Source of the DNA: Clostridiales bacterium
GTDB lineage: Bacteria > Bacillota > Clostridia > Lachnospirales > Lachnospiraceae
Length of the DNA: 64,000 bases
Reading direction: 5' to 3'
NCBI GenBank assembly: GCA_018366495.1
Contig: JAGZHZ010000003.1
Location: 32,611-96,610 of the forward strand
Position 1 is the first letter of the stretch. Each line of letters opens with the position of its first letter. Shown piece after piece: positions 9,601 through 19,601 of this stretch. A program made the translations under genes and the position numbers. The notes below the pieces were generated by a model. It saw only the letters and a program-made list of their open reading frames with translations. It was not told the origin of the DNA and ran no database searches.

Positions 9601-10533
9601 TTACTCAGAGATCGAAAATCCTGCTTTGAAAGCATTAGAAGAGAATGCTTTTTCAAAATCCTCCAGCCGATGCAGTTCAATTTCCGGCAGTTCAATTTTC
9701 CTCTTCCGCAACAAGTGAAGCGCCGGTTCAAAAGGACCGCATCTGCTTCCCTTTATCGTAATTTCATGGACAGTCAGATCACTCAAATTGATGGATACTT
9801 CCCCTGCATATGTACTCTTCAGCACAATAGTTCCCTGATGCCTTACAATCTCTTTTGCCAGCAAAATACCTTCTTTTTTGCCTGAGGCCTCAATGACAAT
9901 CTCATAGGTATCCTCCGGCTCCATTGTGGTCTCTGCATATGGACGAAACTTTTCCAGTTTTTCTTCATGGCGTCCAATCACTGTCACTCTTGCCCCTGTC
10001 ATAGCCACAACTTGGGCAATCAGAAAAGCAAGTCTTCCGTCTCCGATGATTGCGCAGTGCTCTTCCGGTCTGATATGAACCTGAGACAGGACTTCCAAGG
10101 CAGCAGCCAGCGGTTCCGTAAAAATTGCCCGTTCTGTCGGAAGATCCCACGGCACAATGTGCAGCAAATGAGTCGCAATCGTCATATATTCCGCAAAGCA
10201 TCCATCTTTTTGTTCCAGTCCGAGCACTTTCCGTTCCTCACAATGCTTCTCTCTTCCGCTTCTGCAGTAAACGCAGTGACCGCATCCTGCATTGATCTCT
10301 CCCACTACGCGTTTTCCTATCAGCTGTTCCTGATCCGATTCTTCCACAATGCCGACAAACTCATGTCCCATCACTCCGGTAAATCCAGACTTATATCCTC
10401 TTAATATCTCCTTGTCAGTACTGCACACAGCACTCATTAAAATCCGGACAAGACTCTCTCCTGCCTCTGGAACCGGTTTATCCAAATCGTCTCGAAATGC
10501 CGCCTTTGTCCCGTCAAAATAAACCGCCTTCAT
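9601..10533 (-). CDS. Zn-dependent medium-chain alcohol dehydrogenase
   Basis: Catalytic Zn ligands (CSTD, GHEFVG) and structural Zn cluster CGHCVYCRSGREKHC. 310 aa. Confidence 0.7.
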   Translation of the reverse strand: MKAVYFDGTKAAFRDDLDKPVPEAGESLVRILMSAVCSTDKEILRGYKSGFTGVMGHEFVGIVEESDQEQLIGKRVVGEINAGCGHCVYCRSGREKHCEERKVLGLEQKDGCFAEYMTIATHLLHIVPWDLPTERAIFTEPLAAALEVLSQVHIRPEEHCAIIGDGRLAFLIAQVVAMTGARVTVIGRHEEKLEKFRPYAETTMEPEDTYEIVIEASGKKEGILLAKEIVRHQGTIVLKSTYAGEVSINLSDLTVHEITIKGSRCGPFEPALHLLRKRKIELPEIELHRLEDFEKAFSSNAFKAGFSISE

Positions 10534-10551
10534 ACGTTCCCTTCTTCCTTT

Positions 10552-11394
10552 TTATTTTTCATCCAACAGTTTGTTTATTCCCACGATTGTTTTCGTGACA
10601 AGTGCTTTAAACAGAGGCGCCACACGATCCGCGGTCTCCTGTACTTCAATATGAGTCAATGGATGATCTGTCATGCCGCATCCCAGATTTGAAATGCAGG
10701 AAATACCGCAGATCTTCATTCCCATATGATTTGCTGCAACAGCTTCACATGCCGTGCTCATTCCCACAGCATCTCCTCCTAAGATTCTGCACATCCGCAC
10801 TTCTGCCGGCGTCTCAAAATTCGGTCCTGACAACTGTACATATGTTCCTTCTTTTAAAGCAATGCCCAGTTCCCCTGCTGCAGCGCGAATCACATGCTGA
10901 AGATCTTTATCATAAATCTCACTCATATCAGGGAAACGCATTCCCAGCTTTTCTTCGTTTGGTCCAATCAGAGGAGACGGCACAAAATTGCTGATCTGAT
11001 CAGTAATCATCATAAAGTCGCCTGCCTGAAAATCAAAATTGACACCTCCGGCTGCATTTGTCAGAAACAGGACTTCTGCTCCCATCATTTTCATCAAACG
11101 CGTCGGAAGAACCACGTCACTGATCGGATATCCTTCATAATAGTGAACTCTTCCTTGCATAATGACAACCGGCACATTTTCCACATATCCGAATAAAAAA
11201 CGACCCTTATGTCCTTGCACAGTGGAAACTGGAAATCCGTCAATATCATGGTAATCAAGTACCTGTTCAATCTGTATGCTGTCTCCATAATCACCAAGTC
11301 CTGATCCCAGCACCAATGCCACTTTCGGAACAAAATCAACTTTTTTACGCACACTCTCATAACATTTCATTAATTTTTCATATACCTGATTCAT
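10552..11394 (-). CDS. Purine nucleoside phosphorylase family I (PunA/MTAP-type), likely methylthioadenosine/methylthioinosine phosphorylase
   Basis: 280 aa. LVLGSGLG phosphate loop and STVQGHKGRF motif of the PNP/MTAP family. Adjacent to mtnA. Confidence 0.7.
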   Translation of the reverse strand: MNQVYEKLMKCYESVRKKVDFVPKVALVLGSGLGDYGDSIQIEQVLDYHDIDGFPVSTVQGHKGRFLFGYVENVPVVIMQGRVHYYEGYPISDVVLPTRLMKMMGAEVLFLTNAAGGVNFDFQAGDFMMITDQISNFVPSPLIGPNEEKLGMRFPDMSEIYDKDLQHVIRAAAGELGIALKEGTYVQLSGPNFETPAEVRMCRILGGDAVGMSTACEAVAANHMGMKICGISCISNLGCGMTDHPLTHIEVQETADRVAPLFKALVTKTIVGINKLLDEK

Positions 11395-11536
11395 CGTGTC
11401 CTCCTTTATTCATGCAAAATCAGCTTTTTCTGCCAATACCATATTCTTTTGTTTCTTTATCAGTATAGCAGAAAATTGAAAATTTGCCCACCCCTATTCT
11501 TTTTTTCAATCAAATTTAAGAAAAACGCAAAAAAAA

Positions 11537-11577
11537 GCGGAAACCGTTTCTTTCCTGACCAGTTTCCGCTCGTTTTT
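11537..11577. terminator. Bidirectional intrinsic terminator separating MBL-hydrolase gene from mtnP operon
   Basis: GCGGAAAC...GTTTCCGC stem with an A8 run upstream and a T6 run downstream. Confidence 0.6.
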
Positions 11578-11578
11578 C

Positions 11579-12397
11579 TTAAAACTCAAATACTTTTCCT
11601 GTCTCACAAAATAAAAATTTTTCTCCAAATGCTTCGGCCATTTTTGATATTGCTCTTTGTCCAGTACAATGTACTGCTGCTACAAATTCCAGATTTTCCT
11701 CCATCAATTTTTCTATTGTAAAACAAATTCTTTCATTCTCGGCATCCTTCAGGTGCATTCCGGCGAAAATCCCACGGATTTTTTCCCCTGGAAATATTTC
11801 TTTTGCATATGCCACGCAGTTTAAAATCCCCATGTGGGCACATCCGATGATTAGAATGATTCCTTTTTTCGTTTTTACAGCCAGAAACTGTTCATCTTCC
11901 ATGCAGTCCTGTCTTATCTCATCTCCATCTTGATACAAAAAACCATGCGGTTTTCCTTCCAGATTTGAATGTTCTGAAACATTGCCAAGCAAAAACCAAT
12001 TTTTTCTGATCTGCTGAACGTTTTCTGTAAAGACCAGCTTTTCTAAAAATTGTTCCTTTTTCCATGGGATACCGATTTCGCAGAGCCGATGCTCTTCTTT
12101 TACAGAAAATTTTCGGCAAAATGCCTTCTCACGCACATACACGTTTGGTATTTCTTCATTCAGATACTGGAGACCTCCACAATGATCATAGTGGCCATGA
12201 CTTAAGATCATCCCATTTAGATCTGAAAGACTCTCCCCCAAAGTCTGTGCGTTTTTTATATAAACATCACTCTGCCCTGTATCAAACAGCCAGCGTTCTC
12301 CTTCTTCTTCCAGAAGCAGCGACAACCCATGTTCTGCCAGCAGTCCTCTCCTTGTCACATGATTTTCATTTAATACCGTAATCTTCAACTTTCCCAT
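11579..12397 (-). CDS. MBL-fold metallo-hydrolase
   Basis: HGHYDHCGG (HxHxDH) motif. Start uncertain: M18 at 12397 has a weak RBS, and M13 or M1 are alternatives. Confidence 0.55.
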   Translation of the reverse strand: MGKLKITVLNENHVTRRGLLAEHGLSLLLEEEGERWLFDTGQSDVYIKNAQTLGESLSDLNGMILSHGHYDHCGGLQYLNEEIPNVYVREKAFCRKFSVKEEHRLCEIGIPWKKEQFLEKLVFTENVQQIRKNWFLLGNVSEHSNLEGKPHGFLYQDGDEIRQDCMEDEQFLAVKTKKGIILIIGCAHMGILNCVAYAKEIFPGEKIRGIFAGMHLKDAENERICFTIEKLMEENLEFVAAVHCTGQRAISKMAEAFGEKFLFCETGKVFEF

Positions 12398-12414
12398 CTT
12401 TTTTCCATCCATTT

Positions 12415-13824
12415 CTATACCAGATAGCGGAACGGCTGAATAATCCAAGAGGCAACTTTATAAAAAATCTCTCTGCCGCTGCTTAAATGTTTTTCTTCTA
12501 CTCCTTCTTTTGCCTCATAGCCTCCGTCTGCTTTGCGCAGCAATGAATCCTCTTCTATTTTTTCTACTTCTGTGCGCAGCAATTTTTGAAACTCTTTTCC
12601 ATTGATCACAAGCATCGTCTCTGTATCAATATAAGTACTTCGCATATCAAAATTGTAGGAACCGATGATGGACAGCTGGTCATCAATCAAAACAGATTTT
12701 CCATGGCATGAATGATCCCCCTGATATTCATATACTGGCATTCCTGTCCCGACTACTTTTTTCCAGTTTTTCGTGTAATCAGATGATGCTACTACATTAT
12801 CACCGACTGCTCTGGAATTAATCAGCATCTTTGTATTCGGAACTTCCTTTGCGATCTCTTCAATTCCCTGATACATATCGCCTGAAAAAACGGCGTACGG
12901 CGTCTGGATAATCACAGACTCTTTTGCCTGTCTCATCAGTTCGTATAAAGTATACCAGACATCTGGGCTCTTTTTCATAATGTGAGTTGGGTTTGTAACA
13001 AGCACTGCATTTTCAATCTCCACTGTCCGTTCTTCCCAGTTTTCTGAGACAGGGAATTTTTTGCTGTCTTTCATCTCTTTATAGTGATTTCTCAAATATT
13101 CCAGCTCTTTTTCTATTTTTTCTCCATTGTGTTTGTCAAATACTGTCTTACTATATTTTCCATCCCAGTTTTTCTGAAAATAAGATTTGACCTGCGCAAC
13201 CGTTCCTCTGCCATTTTTGTCTTCTTTCCCCTGCCAAATCAGCACTTCTCTGTCATATCCTACGCTGTTTGGCGTGTAATTTCCTATAAAATAATCAAAT
13301 GTATTGCGCCCGCCAAGCAAAACCATGCGATCATCTGCAATTAAATATTTGTCGTGCATTCTGCCGTTCGTCGTCCACGGCATCAATACGTTTGGCTCAT
13401 TATAGTATCGGATCTCCAAATTCTCATGGGAGCCTGCTGCTTCAAAAATAGTCTGCCCCGTCATATGAATCATTCCATACAGACCATCTACATAGACTTT
13501 CACTTTTACGCCTCTGTCGGCTGCTGCCACAAGAGCAGAAAAGATATCCGTTGTACTTTGCCCGGTACGGATATCAAATGTGGACAGTATAATCTCTTCT
13601 TTTGCCTCCTCTATCATGCTCAATCGTGTCAAAAGTGCATCTTCATTTTCTTCCACCAATGCTGCGCGTTCTTTTAAATTGGATGGTTCATAAAAAGAAG
13701 CAAGCTCATGCGTCATGTTTCCTGTTTTACTTTTTGCAAATGCAAAAGGCAGAATTGCTCCCAGTATTACATAGATGAGAAAACATCCAAAGCAGATCAA
13801 TACAATTTTTAACATTCCTTTCAC
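12415..13824 (-). CDS. Phospholipase D superfamily protein (cardiolipin synthase-like), single N-terminal TM
   Basis: Two HKD motifs: HDKYLIADD and HGKSVLIDD. N-terminal TM helix. Start probably GTG at 13822..13824 behind AAGGGG, or ATG at 13815. Confidence 0.65.
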   Translation of the reverse strand: MKGMLKIVLICFGCFLIYVILGAILPFAFAKSKTGNMTHELASFYEPSNLKERAALVEENEDALLTRLSMIEEAKEEIILSTFDIRTGQSTTDIFSALVAAADRGVKVKVYVDGLYGMIHMTGQTIFEAAGSHENLEIRYYNEPNVLMPWTTNGRMHDKYLIADDRMVLLGGRNTFDYFIGNYTPNSVGYDREVLIWQGKEDKNGRGTVAQVKSYFQKNWDGKYSKTVFDKHNGEKIEKELEYLRNHYKEMKDSKKFPVSENWEERTVEIENAVLVTNPTHIMKKSPDVWYTLYELMRQAKESVIIQTPYAVFSGDMYQGIEEIAKEVPNTKMLINSRAVGDNVVASSDYTKNWKKVVGTGMPVYEYQGDHSCHGKSVLIDDQLSIIGSYNFDMRSTYIDTETMLVINGKEFQKLLRTEVEKIEEDSLLRKADGGYEAKEGVEEKHLSSGREIFYKVASWIIQPFRYLV

Positions 13825-13952
13825 TTTCGTTCCCCTTCTTTTCTTTTGTTTGTTTCTTATTGTATCATATTGGATCTTTAAAAACATCTGCGCTATCTAA
13901 AAGTTTTTTAAAATATTATTAAATTTTTGTGATACTTTTCGGAACAAAAAAT

Positions 13953-13986
13953 TGACGGAAGTTTCCCGTCTGGAAAACTTCCGTCA
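13953..13986 (-). terminator. Intrinsic terminator after M42 peptidase gene
   Basis: TGACGGAAGTT-loop-AACTTCCGTCA 11-bp stem, then ATTTTTTGTT on the minus strand. Confidence 0.55.
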
Positions 13987-13990
13987 AAAA

Positions 13991-15067
13991 TTAAAAGGAT
14001 TGGATAATGTCTTTGTCAATCGCCCGCAGAATTTCACATGCCAGTTTAATTCCGCTTTCATAATCTGCATAAGCAGAAATTCCATAATGAGTATGTGCAT
14101 AGCGAACAGGGATTCCAATTACAATCGTCGGAACGCCTTCACCTGTCAGATGAATGTTTGCTCCATTTGTACTTCCGCCGCTTCTGACAGCTTCCTGTAC
14201 CATAATTCCTTTTTCCTTTGCCATAGAAAGGGCATATCTCTGGAAACGAGGATTTGTGATCATTCTGGCGTCTACATGGCGCAGCATCGGTCCTTTTTTA
14301 ATTGCAGTCTGAACCATATAAGGTTCTACGCAAGTATCGTCTGCCGGGCATCCTTCAAATACAATCGCAAGATCTGGCTGAATAACACGGGAAGTGATCA
14401 CAGAACCTCTCGTTCCCACTTCCTCCTGAACGCAGCATGCTCCTACAATGTCCACATTCAGCTCTTCTCCGCGAAGTTCTTTCAATGTCTCCAGAACAGA
14501 TGCGCATCCAAGACGACAGTCAAAACTCTTTCCAACCATCAGGTCATGTTTCTCATCGTAACGGAATGTGACATCCGGAACGATTGGCTCTCCGATGCGG
14601 ATATGAAAATTTTCGATTGCGTCTTCTTTGGAAACAGCTCCTACATCCACAGACATATTTGAAAATTCTAACGGTGCTTTTCTCTCTGCCTCTGTCATAT
14701 AGTGCGGCGGTTTGCTTGCCACAATTCCCGGAATGTACTCTCCATCTGCATTGCGCACCCATACTTTATGTGCAGGTACATTGGATGTCACCCATCCGCC
14801 CAGAGGGATAAAGCGCAGTGTTCCGTCCGGTTTGATTGCCTGAACCATGAAGGCAACTTCATCGCTGTGTCCGTCCAGCTGAACAACTGGTCTGTTTCCT
14901 TTATTTTCTTCGCGATATACATAAAAATTTCTTAAATGATCTTCTTTTAATGTGCCCAGTCCATCTGCATATTTCCGAAATACTTTTACCACTTCGTCTT
15001 CAAATCCCGGTGCACCATTTGCATTTGAAATCTCTGCAATCATCTGTAAACTTTGTTCTTTTTTCAT
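13991..15067 (-). CDS. M42-family metallopeptidase (FrvX/glutamyl aminopeptidase-like)
   Basis: M42/cellulase-M family similarity. ATG at 15065..15067 with AAGGGGAA RBS. The ORF-track extension to 15310 lacks an RBS. Confidence 0.65.
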   Translation of the reverse strand: MKKEQSLQMIAEISNANGAPGFEDEVVKVFRKYADGLGTLKEDHLRNFYVYREENKGNRPVVQLDGHSDEVAFMVQAIKPDGTLRFIPLGGWVTSNVPAHKVWVRNADGEYIPGIVASKPPHYMTEAERKAPLEFSNMSVDVGAVSKEDAIENFHIRIGEPIVPDVTFRYDEKHDLMVGKSFDCRLGCASVLETLKELRGEELNVDIVGACCVQEEVGTRGSVITSRVIQPDLAIVFEGCPADDTCVEPYMVQTAIKKGPMLRHVDARMITNPRFQRYALSMAKEKGIMVQEAVRSGGSTNGANIHLTGEGVPTIVIGIPVRYAHTHYGISAYADYESGIKLACEILRAIDKDIIQSF

Positions 15068-15155
15068 AGTAGTATTCCCCTTATGTCTGTCAAAATTTTT
15101 CACTGTCAAATCAGCTGTGACTCTGCCGTCTGCAGTGATTGTATGCCGCAAATAA

Positions 15156-15183
15156 GGAAAGCGGATTTTCCAATCCGCCTTCC
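15156..15183 (-). terminator. Hairpin after creatininase gene
   Basis: GGAAAGCGGATT-TTCC-AATCCGCCTTCC, followed by TTATTT on the minus strand. Confidence 0.4.
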
Positions 15184-15231
15184 TATGTTTAGTTTTCCCG
15201 CTGCTAAATTTAAGCCGCATGTGCCATCTGA

Positions 15232-15993
15232 TTACAGCTGTACTTTGCGGAATTCCTCGATGAAATCTGCAATATAATCTGCTGTTGTCTGAAGCATTTT
15301 CTGCCCCCATTCAATTGTTGCAGTCTTCGGATGATCCGGTCCGATCCATCCATTATCTGTGACATTTGGTGTGGATCTTAAAATCTCTACCTCAACGCCT
15401 TTAAATTTCACTGTTCGGAATCCTGTTGCAACCAGATTTTCAGATAAATCTTTCAATTTCAAAGGCTCATCTGTCAGCTCATCATAGTCGATCAAATCCG
15501 GATTTACGCCCATCACGCCGGCTGTCTCTTCTCCGCCGCCATGACCGCCTTTCCATGCCGGATCCATATCCCATGCCATCAGCCACCAGTTCAGCATAAC
15601 TACCAGAGCGCCTTTCTTTTCAAATTCCAGGCCAACGCGTTCAATCGTCTTGATATTTCCGCCGTGACCATTTAAAATTAAGATTTTTCTTGCTCCGTGG
15701 TCATACAGGCTTTCCACCACTTTGTATAAGAACTGATATAATATTTCTGTTCCGATATTAATCGTGCCCGGATATGGAGCCAGTGATTCACATGCGCCAT
15801 ATGGAATAGTCGGTGCAATTAAGATATCACTTTTTTCTTCCAATAATTCTACAATTTTGTTTGGAATTAAGGTATCTGTTCCGAGCGGCATATGGCGTCC
15901 ATGACATTCAATACTTCCGATTGGAAGCAGTACCATATCACTCTCTTTAAAATATTTTTCTGCTCTTGGCCATGTAATGTTCTCTAATCTCAT
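15232..15993 (-). CDS. Creatininase-family amidohydrolase
   Basis: 253 aa. Creatinine amidohydrolase fold signature (LPIGSIECHG, ILNGHGGN). Confidence 0.7.
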   Translation of the reverse strand: MRLENITWPRAEKYFKESDMVLLPIGSIECHGRHMPLGTDTLIPNKIVELLEEKSDILIAPTIPYGACESLAPYPGTINIGTEILYQFLYKVVESLYDHGARKILILNGHGGNIKTIERVGLEFEKKGALVVMLNWWLMAWDMDPAWKGGHGGGEETAGVMGVNPDLIDYDELTDEPLKLKDLSENLVATGFRTVKFKGVEVEILRSTPNVTDNGWIGPDHPKTATIEWGQKMLQTTADYIADFIEEFRKVQL

Positions 15994-16022
15994 GCCTGTT
16001 ATCCTTCTTTCTTCTATTACTA

Positions 16023-17540
16023 TTACTGTAATACTTTTACTTTGTCCAGTTTATGATATCCATTTGGATCCATCACAAAGTTTTCTACTTTGTTGCTGGA
16101 ACCTGCTGTGATATTGCTGTAATAAATCGGAGCGTTGTTGTTGATTTCTTTTAATTTTGTTGCTAACTCTCCATAAGCTTCCATTCTTGTCGCTTCATCT
16201 GTGCTCTCACGACCTTTTTCAATCAAAGCATCTACTTCAGGATCGTTGATGAAAGAACGGTTTCCTGCTGCGCCCTGCTGGCTGGAGTGTTCCAGTGAAT
16301 AATATGTGTAGTCTGCATCTGTCGTAGAAGTCGTCCATCCAAAGTATGCCATATCATGTTCTCCGTTGGAAGTAGCCTGGATAAAGCTTCCAAATTCCAT
16401 AACTTCAATGTTGCATGTAATTCCGACATCCATCAGCATTGCCTGAATTGCCTGACATGCTTCGATTCTTGTCTGCGTATCATTTACCCAGATACTTGTC
16501 TCAAATCCATTTTCATATCCTGCTTCCGCCAGCAGCTCTCTTGCCTTCTCCGGATCATACTCATAAGCGCCAGGGCTTACATATCCAAATACATCTGGTG
16601 CAATGATAGCATCTGCCGGCTGTCCTGCTCCGCTCACGATTGTGTCAATGATAAGCTGACGGTCGATCGCAAGATTGATTGCTTCTCTGACTTCCGGGAT
16701 GTTGAATGGCTCTTTGTTCATGTTCATGGAAAAATAATCACATGTCAAAGATGGAACATCATACAATATAAGATCTTCATTTTCTTCTACTCTTGCAATA
16801 TCATTAGGCAAAATATCGTAAGCGATATCAATTTCACCTGTTTCCAGAGCGATCGTTCTCTGCGCTGCTTCCGGAATTACTTTCATAACCAGATTCTTTG
16901 TGGCAGGCGCTCCTGCATAGTACTCGTCAAATCCTTCCAGTGTCACAGAATCTCCCTGTTTCCACTCTACAAATTTATATGGACCAGATCCGATCGGATG
17001 AAGACGAAATGCTTCCTCATCTGCTTCCACAACTGCCTTTGGCACGATTGCTGTAAACGGCACTGATAAATTACGCAGAGCTGGTGCATATGGAGCTTTC
17101 AGGTTCACAATTACTGTATAAGGATCTACAACTTCTACACTGTCAACAAAATCTATTACATAGGAAACAGCTGCTGAGTTGATTGCTCTTTCTAAAGAGA
17201 ATTTTACGTCTTCTGCTGTCAGCTCTGATCCATCATGGAATTTGATTCCCTGTCTGATTTTAAATGTGTAGGAAGTGTCAGATGTCTGTTCCCATGATTC
17301 TGCAATCTGAGGCTCCAGCTCATTTGTCTCTGGATTTACTACAAGCAGAGTATCAAAGATCTGGTCTGTTACTTCTACAGCCGGAGTTTCTTTTCCCTGA
17401 TGAGGGTCCATAGATGTCACGTCTGCTCCCTGACCCCAGACAAGTGTATCTTTGTATTCTCCCTCTGCTGATACGCTCATAGAACAGAGCATCGCTGCTG
17501 TCATAGACAGCGCCAATCCTTTTTTTACTACGTTTTTCAT
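16023..17540 (-). CDS. ABC transporter substrate-binding protein, family 5 (oligopeptide/dipeptide)
   Basis: Signal peptide, 505 aa. OppA/DppA family-5 SBP similarity. Confidence 0.8.
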   Translation of the reverse strand: MKNVVKKGLALSMTAAMLCSMSVSAEGEYKDTLVWGQGADVTSMDPHQGKETPAVEVTDQIFDTLLVVNPETNELEPQIAESWEQTSDTSYTFKIRQGIKFHDGSELTAEDVKFSLERAINSAAVSYVIDFVDSVEVVDPYTVIVNLKAPYAPALRNLSVPFTAIVPKAVVEADEEAFRLHPIGSGPYKFVEWKQGDSVTLEGFDEYYAGAPATKNLVMKVIPEAAQRTIALETGEIDIAYDILPNDIARVEENEDLILYDVPSLTCDYFSMNMNKEPFNIPEVREAINLAIDRQLIIDTIVSGAGQPADAIIAPDVFGYVSPGAYEYDPEKARELLAEAGYENGFETSIWVNDTQTRIEACQAIQAMLMDVGITCNIEVMEFGSFIQATSNGEHDMAYFGWTTSTTDADYTYYSLEHSSQQGAAGNRSFINDPEVDALIEKGRESTDEATRMEAYGELATKLKEINNNAPIYYSNITAGSSNKVENFVMDPNGYHKLDKVKVLQ

Positions 17541-17625
17541 TTCATTTCCTCCTTTTCAATAGTGTTATCTCAATCCTATACAAAATATTTATTTTCTTTC
17601 TCGTCCTTCTACGGTTTTCATTTTT

Positions 17626-18591
17626 TTATAATGCTGCATGACAGCAAGATACAAAATGTCCTGGCTCGATCTCTCTTAACTCCAGATCTTCTCCTACGCA
17701 TTTGCTGTCTGCATATGGGCATCTCTTGGCAAAACGGCATCCTTTCGGCGGATCAATCGGTGAAGTGATCTCTCCTTCCATCGGTATCCGTTCAATCGGA
17801 TAGTCCGGATCAGGAATTGGAATTGCTGACAAAAGAGCTTTTGTATACGGGTGACATGGATGCTGGAATAATACTTCCGCCGGTGCTTTCTCTACCATCT
17901 GTCCCAGATACATAACTAAAATATCATTAGAAAAATGTTTTACCACGGATAAATCATGTGTAATAAAGAGATAGGTTAATCCCAAGTCATCCTGAAGATC
18001 CTGCATCAGGTTCAAAATCTGTGCCTGAATTGAAACATCAAGTGCGGATACCGGTTCATCACATACAACAAATTTCGGATTCAGCGCAAGCGCTCTTGCA
18101 ATTCCAATTCTCTGTCTTCTTCCTCCATCCAGTTCATGAGGATAAGAATTGACAAGTCGTTTTGCAAGCCCTACCAGTTCCATCAATTCTTCCACACGAT
18201 TTTTCAATTCTACTTTTTGCTTTTTACTGAACACTTTCTGAATCAGCAGAGGCTCTGCAATCGCCTCGCTGACTGTCATTCTTGGATTTAAAGAAGCAAA
18301 CGGGTCCTGAAAGATAATCTGCATATCTTTTCTCAATGCTTTCATCTGCTGCTTGTTATATTCAAAAATGTTATTTCCCTGAAAAAATACTTTTCCGTCT
18401 GTTCTCTCATGCAGTCTTAAAATGGTACGTCCCATCGTTGATTTTCCGCATCCTGACTCGCCTACAACTCCTAACGTCTCACCTTCTTTGATCGTAAAGG
18501 AGATATCGTCCACTGCATGAAGGACACCTCCCGGTGTATAAAAGTATTTCTTCAGATTTTCTACCCGAAGGATTTCTTTCTTCTCTTCCAT
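17626..18591 (-). CDS. Oligopeptide/dipeptide ABC transporter ATP-binding protein (OppF/DppF-type)
   Basis: Walker A GESGCGKST and C-terminal oligopeptide ABC domain. Confidence 0.85.
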   Translation of the reverse strand: MEEKKEILRVENLKKYFYTPGGVLHAVDDISFTIKEGETLGVVGESGCGKSTMGRTILRLHERTDGKVFFQGNNIFEYNKQQMKALRKDMQIIFQDPFASLNPRMTVSEAIAEPLLIQKVFSKKQKVELKNRVEELMELVGLAKRLVNSYPHELDGGRRQRIGIARALALNPKFVVCDEPVSALDVSIQAQILNLMQDLQDDLGLTYLFITHDLSVVKHFSNDILVMYLGQMVEKAPAEVLFQHPCHPYTKALLSAIPIPDPDYPIERIPMEGEITSPIDPPKGCRFAKRCPYADSKCVGEDLELREIEPGHFVSCCHAAL

Positions 18592-18600
18592 GCTCTCCTC

Positions 18601-19578
18601 CTATTTCTGTTCCAGACAGACGCAGCGTGCAACGTGTTCTCCGCCCAGATGAACAAATTCCGGAACTTTTTCTTTACATTTTGGTGTCGCACATTTGCAT
18701 CGTTCTTCAAATTTACATCCCTTTGCCAATTTTGTCGGGTCCGGCATCAGACCATCAATCGCCTGAAGACGTCTGACATGTGTGACAAGATTCGGTATGG
18801 AAGCAAGCAATCCTTTTGTATATGGATGAGATGGATTTTTATATACCTCTCTGATCGTTCCATACTCTACCAGTTCTCCCGCATAAATAATTCCTACATA
18901 ATCACAGTTCTGAGCCACAACGCCAAGGTCGTGCGTAATCAACAGCATGGAGGTATTATCTCTGTTTTTTAATTTTCGGATCAGCTCCAGAATCTGAGCC
19001 TGAATTGTCACATCGAGCGCCGTTGTCGGTTCGTCTGCAATCAGCAGTTTTGGCTGACACGCCAGTGCAATTGCAATGATTACCCTCTGTTTCATACCAC
19101 CGGAAAACTGATGAGGATAGTTATCGAAACGCCCTTTTGTGATTCCTACAAGTTCCAACATCTGTTCCGCTTTTTCTCTTGCTTCTTTTTTACCGATTTT
19201 ATTATGGCGCAGAATAACTTCCATGATCTGTTCTCCCACTGTCATAACAGGGTTTAAAGAAGTCATCGGATCCTGGAAAATCATTGAGATATGCTCTCCT
19301 CTGATTCCCTGCATTTCTTCTTCACTTAACTTCAGCAAATCTTTTCCATCATAAAATACTTCACCGCTCACAATTTTCCCCGGCGGGCTCTGAATCAGAC
19401 GCATGATTCCTCTCGCCAGAGTCGTCTTTCCTGCGCCTGTCTCTCCTACAAGTCCAAGTGTTTTTCCTTCTTCTATCTGAATACTGACACCGTTTAACGC
19501 TTCCACGATGCCATCATCTGTCTCGTAGCGGATGACTAAATCTTTGACATCCAGCAAAATTTTCTTCTCTTCTGACAT
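18601..19578 (-). CDS. Oligopeptide/dipeptide ABC transporter ATP-binding protein (OppD/DppD-type)
   Basis: Walker A GETGAGKTT and C-terminal Cys-rich oligopeptide ABC tail. Confidence 0.85.
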   Translation of the reverse strand: MSEEKKILLDVKDLVIRYETDDGIVEALNGVSIQIEEGKTLGLVGETGAGKTTLARGIMRLIQSPPGKIVSGEVFYDGKDLLKLSEEEMQGIRGEHISMIFQDPMTSLNPVMTVGEQIMEVILRHNKIGKKEAREKAEQMLELVGITKGRFDNYPHQFSGGMKQRVIIAIALACQPKLLIADEPTTALDVTIQAQILELIRKLKNRDNTSMLLITHDLGVVAQNCDYVGIIYAGELVEYGTIREVYKNPSHPYTKGLLASIPNLVTHVRRLQAIDGLMPDPTKLAKGCKFEERCKCATPKCKEKVPEFVHLGGEHVARCVCLEQK

Positions 19579-19601
19579 ATCTTCCTCCTCATATGCTGTT
19601 C

